Shown in pieces: positions 1 through 9,419 of a stretch of DNA of 64,000 bases. The stretch is from Vicinamibacteria bacterium (GTDB lineage: Bacteria > Acidobacteriota > Vicinamibacteria > Marinacidobacterales > Marinacidobacteraceae), in contig OY821641.1 of the NCBI GenBank assembly GCA_963555995.3, forward strand, positions 384,001 to 448,000, read 5' to 3'. Position 1 is the stretch's first letter. Every line of letters begins with the position of its first letter. A program made the translations under genes and the position numbers. The notes beneath the pieces were generated by a model. It saw only the letters and a program-made list of their open reading frames with translations. It ran no database searches and was not told the origin of the DNA.

Positions 1-1092
1 GGGCGGATGGATCCGGCGCTCCTCTTCGACCCCGGCAAGAGCCCGCCGAGCGGCTGCCTGCCGGGCGACCAGGTGCGGTTCCTGCCGGTGGACGAGTTGC
101 CCGAGCGTCCCGCCGGGGAGGCCGCCGCCCCGCCGCCCCCCGAGGGGCCGCCGGCCGTCGAGGTGGAGCGCGGCGGCCTGCTCACCACCGTCCAGGACCT
201 CGGCCGCCCCGGCTACCAGCGCTACGGGGTCCCCTGGTCGGGGGCCGCCGACCCGGCGTCGCTCCGCTTCGCCAACCGGGCGGTCGGGAATCCGGACGGC
301 GCCGCGGGGCTCGAATGCACCCTGATGGGCCCGGTGCTCCGCTTCCGCCGTCCCGTGCTGACCGCGCTCGGGGGCGCCGACCACCGGGGGGTCCTCCACC
401 TCCCGGGCGGCGGCCGCTGGCCGGTCCCGGTGGGGACCTCCTTCCTCGCGCCGGCGGGCAGCGTCCTCCGCTTCTCCGGTCCCCCGGCGGGGATGCGGAC
501 CTACCTGGCGTTCGCCGGCGGGGTGGAGGTTCCCGACGTGCTGGGGTCCCGGGCCACCTACCTCACCGCCGCCTTCGGGGGGTTCGAGGGCCGCGCGCTC
601 CGCTCCGGCGACCGCCTCCACGTCGGCCCCGCCCCCGAGGGCGCCCGCGAGAACCGGTTCGAGCCCGACGCGCGCCGCCCGCCGGCGGCCGGGCCGCTCC
701 GGCTCCGCATCAGCCTCGGTCCGCAGGAGTTCGCTTTCACCGAGGCGTGCGTGGAGCGCCTCTCCGAGCTGCGCTTCACGGTCTCGAACGACTCGAACCG
801 GATGGGCGTCCGGCTCGACGGTCCCATCCTCGAACACCGCGAGGGGATGAAGGAGATCGTCTCGGACGCGAACCCGCACGGCACGATCCAGGTGCCCCCC
901 GGCGGCCACCCCATCGTCATGGGCGCCGACCAGGGCATCACCGGCGGCTATCCCAAGATCGGAACCGTGGTGGCTCCGGATCTCGCCCGGCTCGCCCAGG
1001 CGCTCCCGGGGGCCGAGGTGGGGCTCGACGTCGTGTCGCTGGAGGAGGCGCGGGAGATCACCCTCGCCGACCTGGCGCGGCGGCGCGTCTGA
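1..1092 (+). CDS. pxpC: 5-oxoprolinase PxpB-PxpC fusion (urea amidolyase/allophanate hydrolase-like), 5' end outside window
   Basis: The frame is open from base 1. The N-terminal LFDP..PP....PGDQVRF resembles the PxpB C-terminus. It is followed by PxpC motifs GLLTTVQDLGRPGYQRYGV, LGSRAT, SNRMGVRL, GTIQVPP and TGGYPKIG. Confidence 0.85.
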   Translation, partial: GRMDPALLFDPGKSPPSGCLPGDQVRFLPVDELPERPAGEAAAPPPPEGPPAVEVERGGLLTTVQDLGRPGYQRYGVPWSGAADPASLRFANRAVGNPDGAAGLECTLMGPVLRFRRPVLTALGGADHRGVLHLPGGGRWPVPVGTSFLAPAGSVLRFSGPPAGMRTYLAFAGGVEVPDVLGSRATYLTAAFGGFEGRALRSGDRLHVGPAPEGARENRFEPDARRPPAAGPLRLRISLGPQEFAFTEACVERLSELRFTVSNDSNRMGVRLDGPILEHREGMKEIVSDANPHGTIQVPPGGHPIVMGADQGITGGYPKIGTVVAPDLARLAQALPGAEVGLDVVSLEEAREITLADLARRRV

Positions 1093-1114
1093 GTTCCCCT
1101 CAGGACCCGTTCAG

Positions 1115-1151
1115 CCTTGAAAATTGGACGCGCGACGTCCAATTTTCAAGG
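1115..1151. terminator. AT-rich perfect 16-bp inverted repeat between convergent genes (bidirectional terminator or operator remnant)
   Basis: ccttgaaaattggacg-cgcga-cgtccaattttcaagg. Confidence 0.5.
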
Positions 1152-1165
1152 TAGTTCAGCCTCCT

Positions 1166-1618
1166 TCAGGCGTTCCGTGGCGGTCCGATCTCCGCCGAGA
1201 CGCCGAAGAGTTCCCCGATCCTTTCCCTGAGCAGATCGCGGGTCTCCCGGAACCGGCCGAGCATCTCCTCCTCGCCCCAGGCTTCCGCCGGGTCGTCGAG
1301 CGGCCAGTGGAGGCGGCGGACCCGGCCGGGCGCCACCGGGCAGACCTCCTCGGCGCAGAGGGTGACCACCAAGTCGGCGCGCTCGAGGTGGATCTCGTCC
1401 ATGCCCTTCGAGCGCGCCCGGCTGATGTCGATGCCGATTTCGTCCAGCACCCGTACCGCCATCGGGTGGACCCGCCACGGGTTCGATCCGGCGCTCAGCA
1501 CGATGGTCCCGGCGGGCGCGATCCGGCGGGCGAGCGCCTCGGCGAGCTGGCTGCGGGCCGAGTTGGCGACGCAGAGGAACACGACGGTCCGGGGGACGCT
1601 CGGGTCGCGGTTGGCCAC
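1166..1618 (-). CDS. arsC: Arsenate reductase ArsC / LMW protein-tyrosine phosphatase family
   Basis: P-loop FLCVANSARSQLAEA plus VTLC..EVCP and HWPLDDP. The GTG start at 1618 was chosen over the longer ORF. Confidence 0.85.
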   Translation of the reverse strand: MANRDPSVPRTVVFLCVANSARSQLAEALARRIAPAGTIVLSAGSNPWRVHPMAVRVLDEIGIDISRARSKGMDEIHLERADLVVTLCAEEVCPVAPGRVRRLHWPLDDPAEAWGEEEMLGRFRETRDLLRERIGELFGVSAEIGPPRNA

Positions 1619-1703
1619 GGTCGGCGCGGATTCTACGGCGCTATCCTTCGCGCCTTCCCGGGACCGCTCGCGCCCGCAGTTGGCCCGGTTCGCTTCCCCG
1701 CCG

Positions 1704-2435
1704 ATGTTTCGTCGCGTTTCGTTGTTTCCCGCGTCCGCGCTTCTCCTGGCGTTGGCCGCCGGGCTCGCGGGCTGCGGCGAACCCGACGTCCGGGAGCGGC
1801 TCTCCGGAGCGCCGGAGACGGTCCCGCCGCCCGCCGCTCCGGCGGCGGACGACCCCCGTCCCGCGCTGGTCGCGTTCGGGGACAGCCTCACCGCCGGCTA
1901 CGGGATTGACCTCGACGAGGCCTGGCCGGCGCGGTTGCAGGAACGCCTCGACGCCGCGGGGTTCGCGTACCGCGTCGTGAACGCCGGGGTGTCCGGGGAG
2001 ACCACCTCGGGCGGGCTGCGGCGCCTCCCCTTCGTCCTCGACCGGAACCCGGACGCCGCACTGGTGGTCATCGCGCTCGGCGGGAACGACGGGCTCCGCG
2101 GCGTCCCCGTGGACGTGATGATGGACAACCTCGAGGCCATGATCCGGGAGGCCGAAGGACGCGGCCTGAAGGTGCTGCTGGCCGGGGTCCCCGCGCCCCC
2201 CGAGCTCGGCCGGGACTACGAGGACGGCTTCGCCGAGACGTTCCGGGACGTGGCCGGAGCCACCGGCGTGCCGCTGCTGCCGAGCCTGCTCGAGGGGGTG
2301 GCGGGCGTCGCCGAGCTGAACCAGCGCGACGGGATCCACCCCACCGCCGAGGGGGCGCTCCGGCTGGCCGATAACGCCTTCGCCGCCCTGAAGCCGCTCC
2401 TTGCGGAACCTCCCGCGGCGACCGCCGTTCCCTGA
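1704..2435 (+). CDS. tesA: GDSL arylesterase / acyl-CoA thioesterase I, lipoprotein
   Basis: FGDSLTAG, NAGVSGET, LGGNDGLRG and DGIHP blocks; lipobox LAGC; directly upstream of ybbA-ybbP. Confidence 0.9.
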   Translation: MFRRVSLFPASALLLALAAGLAGCGEPDVRERLSGAPETVPPPAAPAADDPRPALVAFGDSLTAGYGIDLDEAWPARLQERLDAAGFAYRVVNAGVSGETTSGGLRRLPFVLDRNPDAALVVIALGGNDGLRGVPVDVMMDNLEAMIREAEGRGLKVLLAGVPAPPELGRDYEDGFAETFRDVAGATGVPLLPSLLEGVAGVAELNQRDGIHPTAEGALRLADNAFAALKPLLAEPPAATAVP

Positions 2436-2443
2436 GAGAAGCG

Positions 2444-3151
2444 ATGATCCTGGCGACCGGCCTCGAGAAGACGGTCCGGAGCGGCGACCGCGACCTCACC
2501 ATCCTCAGCGGACTCGAACTGTCGGTCCCCGCGGGCGAGATCGTCTGCGTCCGGGGTCCCTCCGGCTGTGGAAAGTCCACCCTGCTCGGACTGCTCGCCG
2601 GGCTCGACCACCCGACCGCGGGCGCGGTGGAAGTGGCGGGCACCGACCTCACCGGCCTCGACGAGGAGAGCCTCGCGCGGTTCCGGTCGAAGAACATCGG
2701 CTTCGTCTTCCAGTCCTTCCACCTGCTGCCCAACCTGACGGCGCTCGAGAACGTGGCGGTGCCCCTCGAGATCGCGGGGGCCGGCGACGCGGTGGAGCGG
2801 GCGCGGGAACTCCTCGACTCCTTCGGGATCGGCGAACGGGCGCACCACCTGCCGTCCCAGATGTCCGGCGGCGAGCAGCAGCGGGTGGCCATCGCCCGGG
2901 CGGTCTCCAACGAGCCGCGGGTGGTGTTCGCCGACGAGCCCACCGGCAACCTCGACGAGGAGACCGGGGCCCGGATCGCGGAACTGCTGGTCGGGGTGCG
3001 CGACCGCACCGGGGCCACCGTGCTGGTCGCGACCCATGACACGGAACTCGCGGAGCGCGCCGACCGCCGGCTGCTGCTCCGCGGCGGCCGGCTCCACGAC
3101 GACACGCCCGCCGTGGAACCCGCCCCCGAGCCGGCGCTCGCCGGCGTCTGA
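2444..3151 (+). CDS. ybbA: ABC transporter ATP-binding protein (YbbA/LolD family)
   Basis: Walker A GPSGCGKS, signature MSGGEQQR, FADEPTGNLD, ATHD. Confidence 0.92.
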   Translation: MILATGLEKTVRSGDRDLTILSGLELSVPAGEIVCVRGPSGCGKSTLLGLLAGLDHPTAGAVEVAGTDLTGLDEESLARFRSKNIGFVFQSFHLLPNLTALENVAVPLEIAGAGDAVERARELLDSFGIGERAHHLPSQMSGGEQQRVAIARAVSNEPRVVFADEPTGNLDEETGARIAELLVGVRDRTGATVLVATHDTELAERADRRLLLRGGRLHDDTPAVEPAPEPALAGV

Positions 3152-3162
3152 CCGAACACACC

Positions 3163-5694
3163 ATGCGGTTCGCGGTCCGGATGGCCTTCCGGGAACTCCG
3201 GTCCTCCGCCCGCCGGCTGGCGCTCTGCTTCGTCGCGGTCGGCATCGGCGTGGCCGCGATCGTGGTGCTCCGGTCGGCGGCGGACAGCCTGCAGGCGGCG
3301 CTGACCGGCGAGTCGCGCTTCCTGATGGCCGCCGACGTGACGGTCTCCACCGGCGAGGGCTTCACCGACGAGACCGAGGTCCTCTTCGACGACGTGGCGT
3401 CCGGCCACCCGCTCACCGGCGTGTCGCGTTCGGTGCAGATCGCGACGCTCGCGCGCTCGGCCGACGACCCGCTCCGGGGCGCGATGGTCGAACTCAAGGG
3501 GGTGGACGGCGCCTTCCCGCTCTACGGCGCGATGGAGGTGGCCGGCGCGCGCTTCGGCCCGGAGCTGCTCGGCGGGCGGGGGGCGCTGGTGCGGCCGGAG
3601 GTTCGGGTCCGGCTGGGCCTCGAAGTCGGGGACCCGATCGTGCTCGGCGGCGAACCCTTCGAGGTGCGCGGGGATCTCCTCAAGGAGCCGGGGGCGGGGA
3701 TTGACTTCTTCCGGCGCGGGCCGCGGGTGCTGGTGGCTCTCTCCGACCTGGAGGCGACCGGGCTGCTCGACGTCCCGGAGCGCGCCCGCTGGGAGGTCCT
3801 GTTCGCGGTGGCGAACGAGGAGGCGGTGGGCGGGCTCGCGGCCGGTCTCCGGGCGGCGCTCGAGGACCAGCCCGTCCGGGTGCGGACGTTCCGGCAGACG
3901 GGGGACCGCCTCGCCCGGCGCATCCGGCGCGGCGAGGACTACCTGAGCCTCGCGGGCTTCGTGATCCTGCTGCTCGGCGGCATCGGGGTCTTCAGCGTGG
4001 CGCGGGCCTTCACCCGCCAGAGCCTGCCCTCCGCGGCCATCGAGCGCTGTCTCGGGGTGCCCTCGCGCACCATCCTCCTGATCGCGCTCCTGCAGATGGC
4101 GGTACTCGCGGGACTCGCGAGCGCCTTCGGCATCGCCGCCGGAGCGGCGGCGCTCCAGTTGTTCATCCCCGAGGTGGAGGTGGGGGGCCTGCAGGTCGCG
4201 GCGCGGCTCACCCCGGCGGCGGCGCTCCAGGGCGCGCTCACCGGCGGCCTCGTCTCGCTGCTCTCCGCGGTCTTCCCGCTGCTGCCGCTCCGCCGGGTCC
4301 GTCCGCTGGGGCTGCTGCGGAGCGGGGACATGCTGGACGAGCGGGGATCCCCGGCCGCCCGGCGGCTCGAGGGCGCGGTGGCGGCGGGGGCGGTGCTCGT
4401 GTTCTTCGGGTTCGCGGGCTGGCAGTCGGGATCGCTGCGGATCACCCTCGCGGTGACCGGCGGGTTCGTGCTGGTTGCGGTGCTGCTCTGGATCCTGGGC
4501 GGCCTGATCCTCCGCGGCCTGACGCCGCTCGCCGCCGCCCGCACCTTCGCGGTGCGCCACGCGGTGCGCACCGTGCTCCGCGGCGCGCGCCAGATCCGGG
4601 TGGTGCTGGTCGCGCTCGGGGTGGGGGTGTTCCTGGTGCTCGCCACCGTGGGCATCGAGCGGAACGTCCAGCGCGAGTTCAGCTTCCAGGAGGGCAGCGA
4701 CGATCCCGATCTCTTCTTCCTGGACATCCAGGCCGACCAGGCGGACGGGGTCCGCGCGAACGCGGCGGCGCGGGGGTTCCCCGACATCAACCTGATTCCG
4801 GTGCTCCAGACCCGGATCCACGGGATCTTCGGCCGCGAGGTGCACCTCGAGGACCGGGCCGCGGTGCGGCGCGCCGGGGGGCTGTCGCGGGAATACACGG
4901 TCAGCTCGCGCGACTGGCTCGAAGACAACGAGATCGTCACCGAGGGCGCGTTCTGGGGCGAGCGGCCCGCCGAGGGCGCCGAGGTGTCCATCGAGAACTG
5001 GGTGCAGGAGGACCGCGGCGTCCAGCTCGGGGACACGATGCGCTTCGAGATCATGGGCGAGACGCTCGACGCGCGGGTCACCTCGATCCGCGACGTGGAG
5101 TGGCGGAACGCCCGGAACGGCGGGTTCACCTTCCTCTTCCACCCGGACAGCGTGGCGCACTTCCCCATGTCCTACGCCGGCTTCGTCCGGGGGCCGGACG
5201 ACGTGGTGGAGCGGGCCCGCTTTCAGGGGGCGGTGGTGGGCGAGTTCCCGAACGTCTCGGTGGTGGACCTCCGCGACGTGCTGGACACCATGCAGCAGGT
5301 GGCGGACAGCGTCGCGCTCGCGATCCGCATCGTGGGCCTGATCGCGCTGGTCGGCGGCCTGCTGATCCTGATCGGCACCGTCGCGGTCCACATCGGGGCC
5401 CGCCGCCGCGAGACGGCGGTGCTCCGGGTGTTCGGCGCGGGCCGCAACCGGGTGGTGGCGATCACCCTGCTCGAACACAGCGTCATCGGCGCGGTGGCGG
5501 GCGCCGCCGCGGCGGTGGGGGCCTCGGCCACCGCGTTCTTCGTGGTGCGGGAGATCATGCAGCTCCCCTTCGAGGCCGACCCCTCGCTCATCCTGTTCGC
5601 GATCGGGCTCCCGGCGCTGGGCGCGGCGGGCGTGGGGGCGCTCGCGGCCGTGGACATCCTCCGGCGCAAGCCGCTCGGCGTCCTCGCTGACTAG
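3163..5694 (+). CDS. ybbP: ABC transporter permease (YbbP, FtsX-like)
   Basis: 843 aa with two clusters of hydrophobic helices, ELKGVD..FPLYG and FFLDIQ; synteny with tesA-ybbA. Confidence 0.88.
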   Translation: MRFAVRMAFRELRSSARRLALCFVAVGIGVAAIVVLRSAADSLQAALTGESRFLMAADVTVSTGEGFTDETEVLFDDVASGHPLTGVSRSVQIATLARSADDPLRGAMVELKGVDGAFPLYGAMEVAGARFGPELLGGRGALVRPEVRVRLGLEVGDPIVLGGEPFEVRGDLLKEPGAGIDFFRRGPRVLVALSDLEATGLLDVPERARWEVLFAVANEEAVGGLAAGLRAALEDQPVRVRTFRQTGDRLARRIRRGEDYLSLAGFVILLLGGIGVFSVARAFTRQSLPSAAIERCLGVPSRTILLIALLQMAVLAGLASAFGIAAGAAALQLFIPEVEVGGLQVAARLTPAAALQGALTGGLVSLLSAVFPLLPLRRVRPLGLLRSGDMLDERGSPAARRLEGAVAAGAVLVFFGFAGWQSGSLRITLAVTGGFVLVAVLLWILGGLILRGLTPLAAARTFAVRHAVRTVLRGARQIRVVLVALGVGVFLVLATVGIERNVQREFSFQEGSDDPDLFFLDIQADQADGVRANAAARGFPDINLIPVLQTRIHGIFGREVHLEDRAAVRRAGGLSREYTVSSRDWLEDNEIVTEGAFWGERPAEGAEVSIENWVQEDRGVQLGDTMRFEIMGETLDARVTSIRDVEWRNARNGGFTFLFHPDSVAHFPMSYAGFVRGPDDVVERARFQGAVVGEFPNVSVVDLRDVLDTMQQVADSVALAIRIVGLIALVGGLLILIGTVAVHIGARRRETAVLRVFGAGRNRVVAITLLEHSVIGAVAGAAAAVGASATAFFVVREIMQLPFEADPSLILFAIGLPALGAAGVGALAAVDILRRKPLGVLAD

Positions 5695-5715
5695 GAGCGC
5701 CGGAAACAGGAAAGC

Positions 5716-6348
5716 ATGAACTTCGATCCTTCCACCCACCTCTCTGCTCTCGAACGCGCCGTTTCCTCCGGCGAACGCGAGGGAGAGCCGGCCCGCGCCG
5801 TCACGCTGTCCCGCTGCTTCGGGGCGACGGCCCCGGACCTCTGGGACGCGGTGACGAACCCCGAGCGGCTGCCGCGCTGGTTTGCCCCGGTGAGCGGCGA
5901 CCTCGAAGCGGGTGGCCGCTACCAGATCGAGGGGAACGCCGGCGGCGTCATCACGGAGTGCGAACGGCCGTCCCACCTCGCCCTGACCTGGGAGTTCGGG
6001 GAAGACGTGAGCTGGGTCGAGGTCTCGGTCGCGGACGAGGGGGCGGGCCGCGCGCGGCTCACACTCACGCACACCATGCGACCTTCCGACCATTGGGACA
6101 CGTACGGGCCCGGGGCGACCGGTGTGGGCTGGGAACTGGGTTTTCTGGGGTTGGCGCTCCACCTCGCCGACCCCGCGGCGCCGAAGCTGGACGAGGCCGC
6201 GTTCGCCGCATCGGGCGACGGCAGGGCGTTCATCGCCGGGAGCGGCAAGGGTTGGGAACGGGCGGCGGTCACCGCCGGCGCCGACCCCGGCGCCGCGCGG
6301 ATGGCGGCAAAGCGCACGACCGCGGCCTATACGGGCGAGTCCGCCTAG
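5716..6348 (+). CDS. SRPBCC / Aha1-homologue family protein
   Basis: LWDAVTNPERLPRWFAPVSGDL..GGRYQIEGNAGG and YGPGATGVGWE. Confidence 0.85.
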   Translation: MNFDPSTHLSALERAVSSGEREGEPARAVTLSRCFGATAPDLWDAVTNPERLPRWFAPVSGDLEAGGRYQIEGNAGGVITECERPSHLALTWEFGEDVSWVEVSVADEGAGRARLTLTHTMRPSDHWDTYGPGATGVGWELGFLGLALHLADPAAPKLDEAAFAASGDGRAFIAGSGKGWERAAVTAGADPGAARMAAKRTTAAYTGESA

Positions 6349-6370
6349 CAGGCGGCCTCGTCGCGCAGCA

Positions 6371-6751
6371 TCAGACCCGGAAGCCGAGCTCGGCCGCGAC
6401 CGCCCGCTGCCGCTCGTTCAGCGTGACGAACGCCGTCTCGCGCGGGTCCGGTGCCGCAAAGAGAGCGTTGGCCAGATGCCACATATCGGCACCGCGTAGA
6501 TATCCGGCCTCCAGAACCGCCTCGATCTCTTCCGCGAGTGGCCGGAAGGGATACACCCAGCGAATCCGGGCAACGTAACGCGGAGCGAACGGAATGCCCT
6601 CCCGCGCAAGCACCGACCGCAACTCGGCTTCCAGAAGGTTCGACGAGCAGAGGGCGCCGTACCGCAGCAGACGCTCTCCGAGCGCCGCACTCCCCTCTTC
6701 CCGGAACGCGATCGCCACGATGGCCGAGGAATCCACGTAGGCAAGGCTCAC
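6371..6751 (-). CDS. vapC: PIN-domain toxin (VapC family)
   Basis: YVDSSAIV, EAEL and LRGADMWHLA; immediately downstream of a Phd antitoxin. Confidence 0.85.
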   Translation of the reverse strand: MSLAYVDSSAIVAIAFREEGSAALGERLLRYGALCSSNLLEAELRSVLAREGIPFAPRYVARIRWVYPFRPLAEEIEAVLEAGYLRGADMWHLANALFAAPDPRETAFVTLNERQRAVAAELGFRV

Positions 6752-6754
6752 CGG

Positions 6755-7030
6755 CTAATCCCGCTCGTCAAGGAATCGTTGTAGCGCCCCCGGCCGGTGA
6801 GCGATCGGTTCGAGGGGAGCATTGGGGTCCGCCGCGGGCGAAATGAGACCACGGCGCTCCATTTCCTCGAGGTGCTCTTCGAGCGTCTTCTTTTTCTTCT
6901 TCTCGATCGGCCGGATCTCGGCCACCGGTTTCCCGTGGTAGGAGATGTGCACGGTGCGTCCCTCGCGGACCAGTCGGATGACTTCGGAAAAGCGGGCTTT
7001 CGCCTCGTAGGTGGTGTAGGTCAAGGTCAT
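6755..7030 (-). CDS. Phd/YefM family antitoxin
   Basis: TYEAKARFSEVIRLVREG.TV.IS.HGKPVAEI motif. Confidence 0.88.
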   Translation of the reverse strand: MTLTYTTYEAKARFSEVIRLVREGRTVHISYHGKPVAEIRPIEKKKKKTLEEHLEEMERRGLISPAADPNAPLEPIAHRPGALQRFLDERD

Positions 7031-7041
7031 GGTCAATGTTG

Positions 7042-7058
7042 GACTAGTCAGACCAGTC
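7042..7058. promoter_or_regulatory. Tandem GACnnGTC palindromes, probable Phd autoregulatory operator
   Basis: gactagtc-a-gaccagtc just upstream of the antitoxin start. Confidence 0.5.
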
Positions 7059-7184
7059 TAACACCGGTGGTGAAACCCACGGGAGCGCCGAGACGCGCCA
7101 GTTGCCGTGAAGAGCGGTCCCGCCGGTCCGCGTCGGAGCGCCAGCCTCCGGCTGGCATCGCGCGGGAGCGCGAAACCGTCATGT

Positions 7185-7347
7185 GGGAGCGCCGGTCTTC
7201 AGACCGGCACGCGCTGCGCAAGCGCGCAGCGCACGGCACCACGCTGGCTGGGGGGATGGCGCTCCGTTCTCGGTTCATCACCGCAGACAGCGACACGACA
7301 TCCGCGGGCCTTCGGCACGCTGTGCCGCTCTGAAGAGCGGCGGTCCC
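7185..7347. repeat. REPIN-like inverted pair of REP palindromes
   Basis: gggagcgccggtcttcagaccggcac ... gtgccgctctgaagagcggcggtccc; the same family recurs through the window. Confidence 0.75.
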
Positions 7348-7351
7348 AGCC

Positions 7352-7855
7352 TCAGGTCTCCGCGCCCGATGCCAGGCTCTCCAGCCACGCCTCGGGGATG
7401 CGGACCGCGACCACCTCTCCCTCCGCCGTGACGACTCCGTCCGCCTCCACCCGCACCGCGACCCGCACCTTGCGGTCGCCGATCTCCGTCGCCCGGGCGC
7501 GGAGCACGAGTTCGACGCCGAGGGGCGTGGGCTTGCGGTAGTTCACCTGCAGCGACCCCGTCACGAAGCGGAGGGGCGGGTCGCTGTCCATGGGGCGCCC
7601 CGCCGCCCGGTACGCCTCCCAAGCCGCGGTGCCGGTGCCGTGGCAGTCCACCAGCGACGCGATCAGGCCGCCGTACACCGCTCCGGGGACTGCGGTGTGG
7701 AAGGGCTCCGGGGTGAAGCGGCAGACCGCCTCGTCGCCCTCGGCGAAGCTCCGGATTCGGTAGCCGTCCGGGTTGCGGGCGCCGCACCCGTAGCAGTGCT
7801 TCGTGGTGTCCGGGTAGTAGTCCTGAAACGCCTTCCGCTCGTCCGCCGGGCTCAT
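7352..7855 (-). CDS. PaaI/hotdog-fold thioesterase
   Basis: HCYGCG..NPDG, YGGLIASLVDCHG, FVTGSLQVNYRKPTP. The ATG at 7855 overlaps the upstream stop. Confidence 0.85.
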   Translation of the reverse strand: MSPADERKAFQDYYPDTTKHCYGCGARNPDGYRIRSFAEGDEAVCRFTPEPFHTAVPGAVYGGLIASLVDCHGTGTAAWEAYRAAGRPMDSDPPLRFVTGSLQVNYRKPTPLGVELVLRARATEIGDRKVRVAVRVEADGVVTAEGEVVAVRIPEAWLESLASGAET

Positions 7856-8217
7856 GCCGCGCGCACCAGCGCGACGAAGAGACAGCCCCAGGCGGCGATG
7901 AGGCACAGCCCGCCCAGCGGGGTCACCGGACCGAGCCACGACGGCCCGCCGAGCGCCAGCCAGTAGAGGCTCCCGGAGAACAGCACGATCCCGGCGGTCA
8001 TCAGCGCCCCGGCCAGCGAGGCGGGGGCGCCGAGGTCCCGCGCCACCAGCGCCCCGACCGCCAGCAGGCCCAGCCCGTGGATCAGGTGGTAGCGGACCGC
8101 GGTCTCGAACGTCTGGAGCGACTTCGCGTCCAACCGGGGCGCCAGCCCGTGCGCGCCGAAGGCGCCGGCGACCACCCCGAGCGCCATCGCGGCGGCGCCG
8201 ACCGCAAGCCACGGCAT
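7852..8217 (-). CDS. DUF423 (YgdD/TMEM256-like) membrane protein
   Basis: GAFGAHGL, FETAVRYH, FSGSLY, GPVTPLGG. Confidence 0.88.
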   Translation of the reverse strand: MPWLAVGAAAMALGVVAGAFGAHGLAPRLDAKSLQTFETAVRYHLIHGLGLLAVGALVARDLGAPASLAGALMTAGIVLFSGSLYWLALGGPSWLGPVTPLGGLCLIAAWGCLFVALVRAA

Positions 8218-8229
8218 CGGAAGCCCCGG

Positions 8230-9270
8230 TCAGCGCGCCGTCTGCCCCATCCGCAGCGCCTTCTGCGGGGTCATCGGCTCGTCCGGATAGAGCGAGGCCA
8301 CCTGGTCCGCGTAGCCGTTGAAGAGCGGGGTCGGGAAGTTGCTCCGGTCGTCCAGCCAGTAGGACTCCGCCTGGCTCCAGCGCGGGTGCGGGATGTTCGG
8401 GTTGATGTTCGACAGGAACCCGTACTCGTGCTGCTGCATCTCCCAGAAGAAGGGCGGCTGCCGCCGGGTCAACTCGATCTTCACCACCGCCTTCGGCCCC
8501 TTGTAGCCGTACTTCCAGGGGATCGCCAGCCGGATCGGCGCGCCGTGCTGGCGGACCAGCGGGTCGCCGTAGATGCCGGTGGCCACGAACGCCAGCGGGT
8601 GCATCGCCTCGTCCATCCGGAGCGCCTCGTGGTACGGCCAGGGGTACCAGTTGCTGGACGCGAGGCCCGGCATCTCCTCGGGCCGGTTCAGCGAGGTGAA
8701 CGCCACGAACCGGGCGTTGGCGTTCGGCTCCACCGCGTCCAGCAGCGCCGACAGCGGGAACCCGGTCCAGGGCACGTTCATCGCCCAGCGCTCCACGCAG
8801 CGGAAGTGGTAGATCCGCTCCTCGTGCTCGAACTTGAGCAGGTCGTCGAGATCGAAGGTGCGCGGCTTGTCGCACTCGCCGGTCACCTCGACGGCCCAGG
8901 GAATGGGCTGGTAGTCGCCCGCGAGCTTCCAGACCGCGCCGCCGCGACCCGCGAGGAACTCGTAGAAGTTGTTGTGCGAACCCGCCACCTCGCGCGCCGT
9001 CAGCTCCTGGCGCTCGATCATCTCGGGGATCCGGTAGGCCTCGTTCTTCTTCGCGGGGAACACGTCGGGCCGGGAATACGGAATCTCCAGCATCTCCGCG
9101 CCCTCGGCGTTCGTGCCGCAGGCGAGGGCGTAGGGACCCACGAGCGCGGCGCTCCCGAGCGTCTTCAGGATGGCCCGGCGGTTGAAGAAGACCGCGGGGT
9201 CGGTGACGGCGCCCCCGACGGGGCTCTTCTCGTAGCGAATCCGTTTCGAGGTCTTGACGAGGTGGCTCAT
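8230..9270 (-). CDS. msrP: Protein-methionine-sulfoxide reductase catalytic subunit MsrP (molybdoenzyme)
   Basis: Tat motif FFNRRAILK, HNNFYEF, FRCVERW, QHGAPIRL.IPWKYGYK, EYGF..N.NP..PHPRWSQA, FNGY. Confidence 0.93.
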   Translation of the reverse strand: MSHLVKTSKRIRYEKSPVGGAVTDPAVFFNRRAILKTLGSAALVGPYALACGTNAEGAEMLEIPYSRPDVFPAKKNEAYRIPEMIERQELTAREVAGSHNNFYEFLAGRGGAVWKLAGDYQPIPWAVEVTGECDKPRTFDLDDLLKFEHEERIYHFRCVERWAMNVPWTGFPLSALLDAVEPNANARFVAFTSLNRPEEMPGLASSNWYPWPYHEALRMDEAMHPLAFVATGIYGDPLVRQHGAPIRLAIPWKYGYKGPKAVVKIELTRRQPPFFWEMQQHEYGFLSNINPNIPHPRWSQAESYWLDDRSNFPTPLFNGYADQVASLYPDEPMTPQKALRMGQTAR

Positions 9271-9419
9271 TGGTACGCTCCCCCGGCTCCCGGCCGACGG
9301 CCCGGAAGCCGGCTCCCCAATGGTAGCCGGACGCCGGACGCCGGCGGGGGTCGCCGGGACCACGGAGCGTCCCGCTCGCGGGCCGATCCGCTCTCCCGAC
9401 TCTCCCACCGGCAAACACC

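Noticed and set aside
2068-6162. 1364-aa minus-strand ORF, and similar long antisense ORFs (10937-13768, 24467-26998, 34033-36609, 49148-51382, 51777-53639)
   Set aside because: These are shadow ORFs opposite well-supported genes. They are R/G/P/A-rich with no motifs, as expected in very high-GC DNA.
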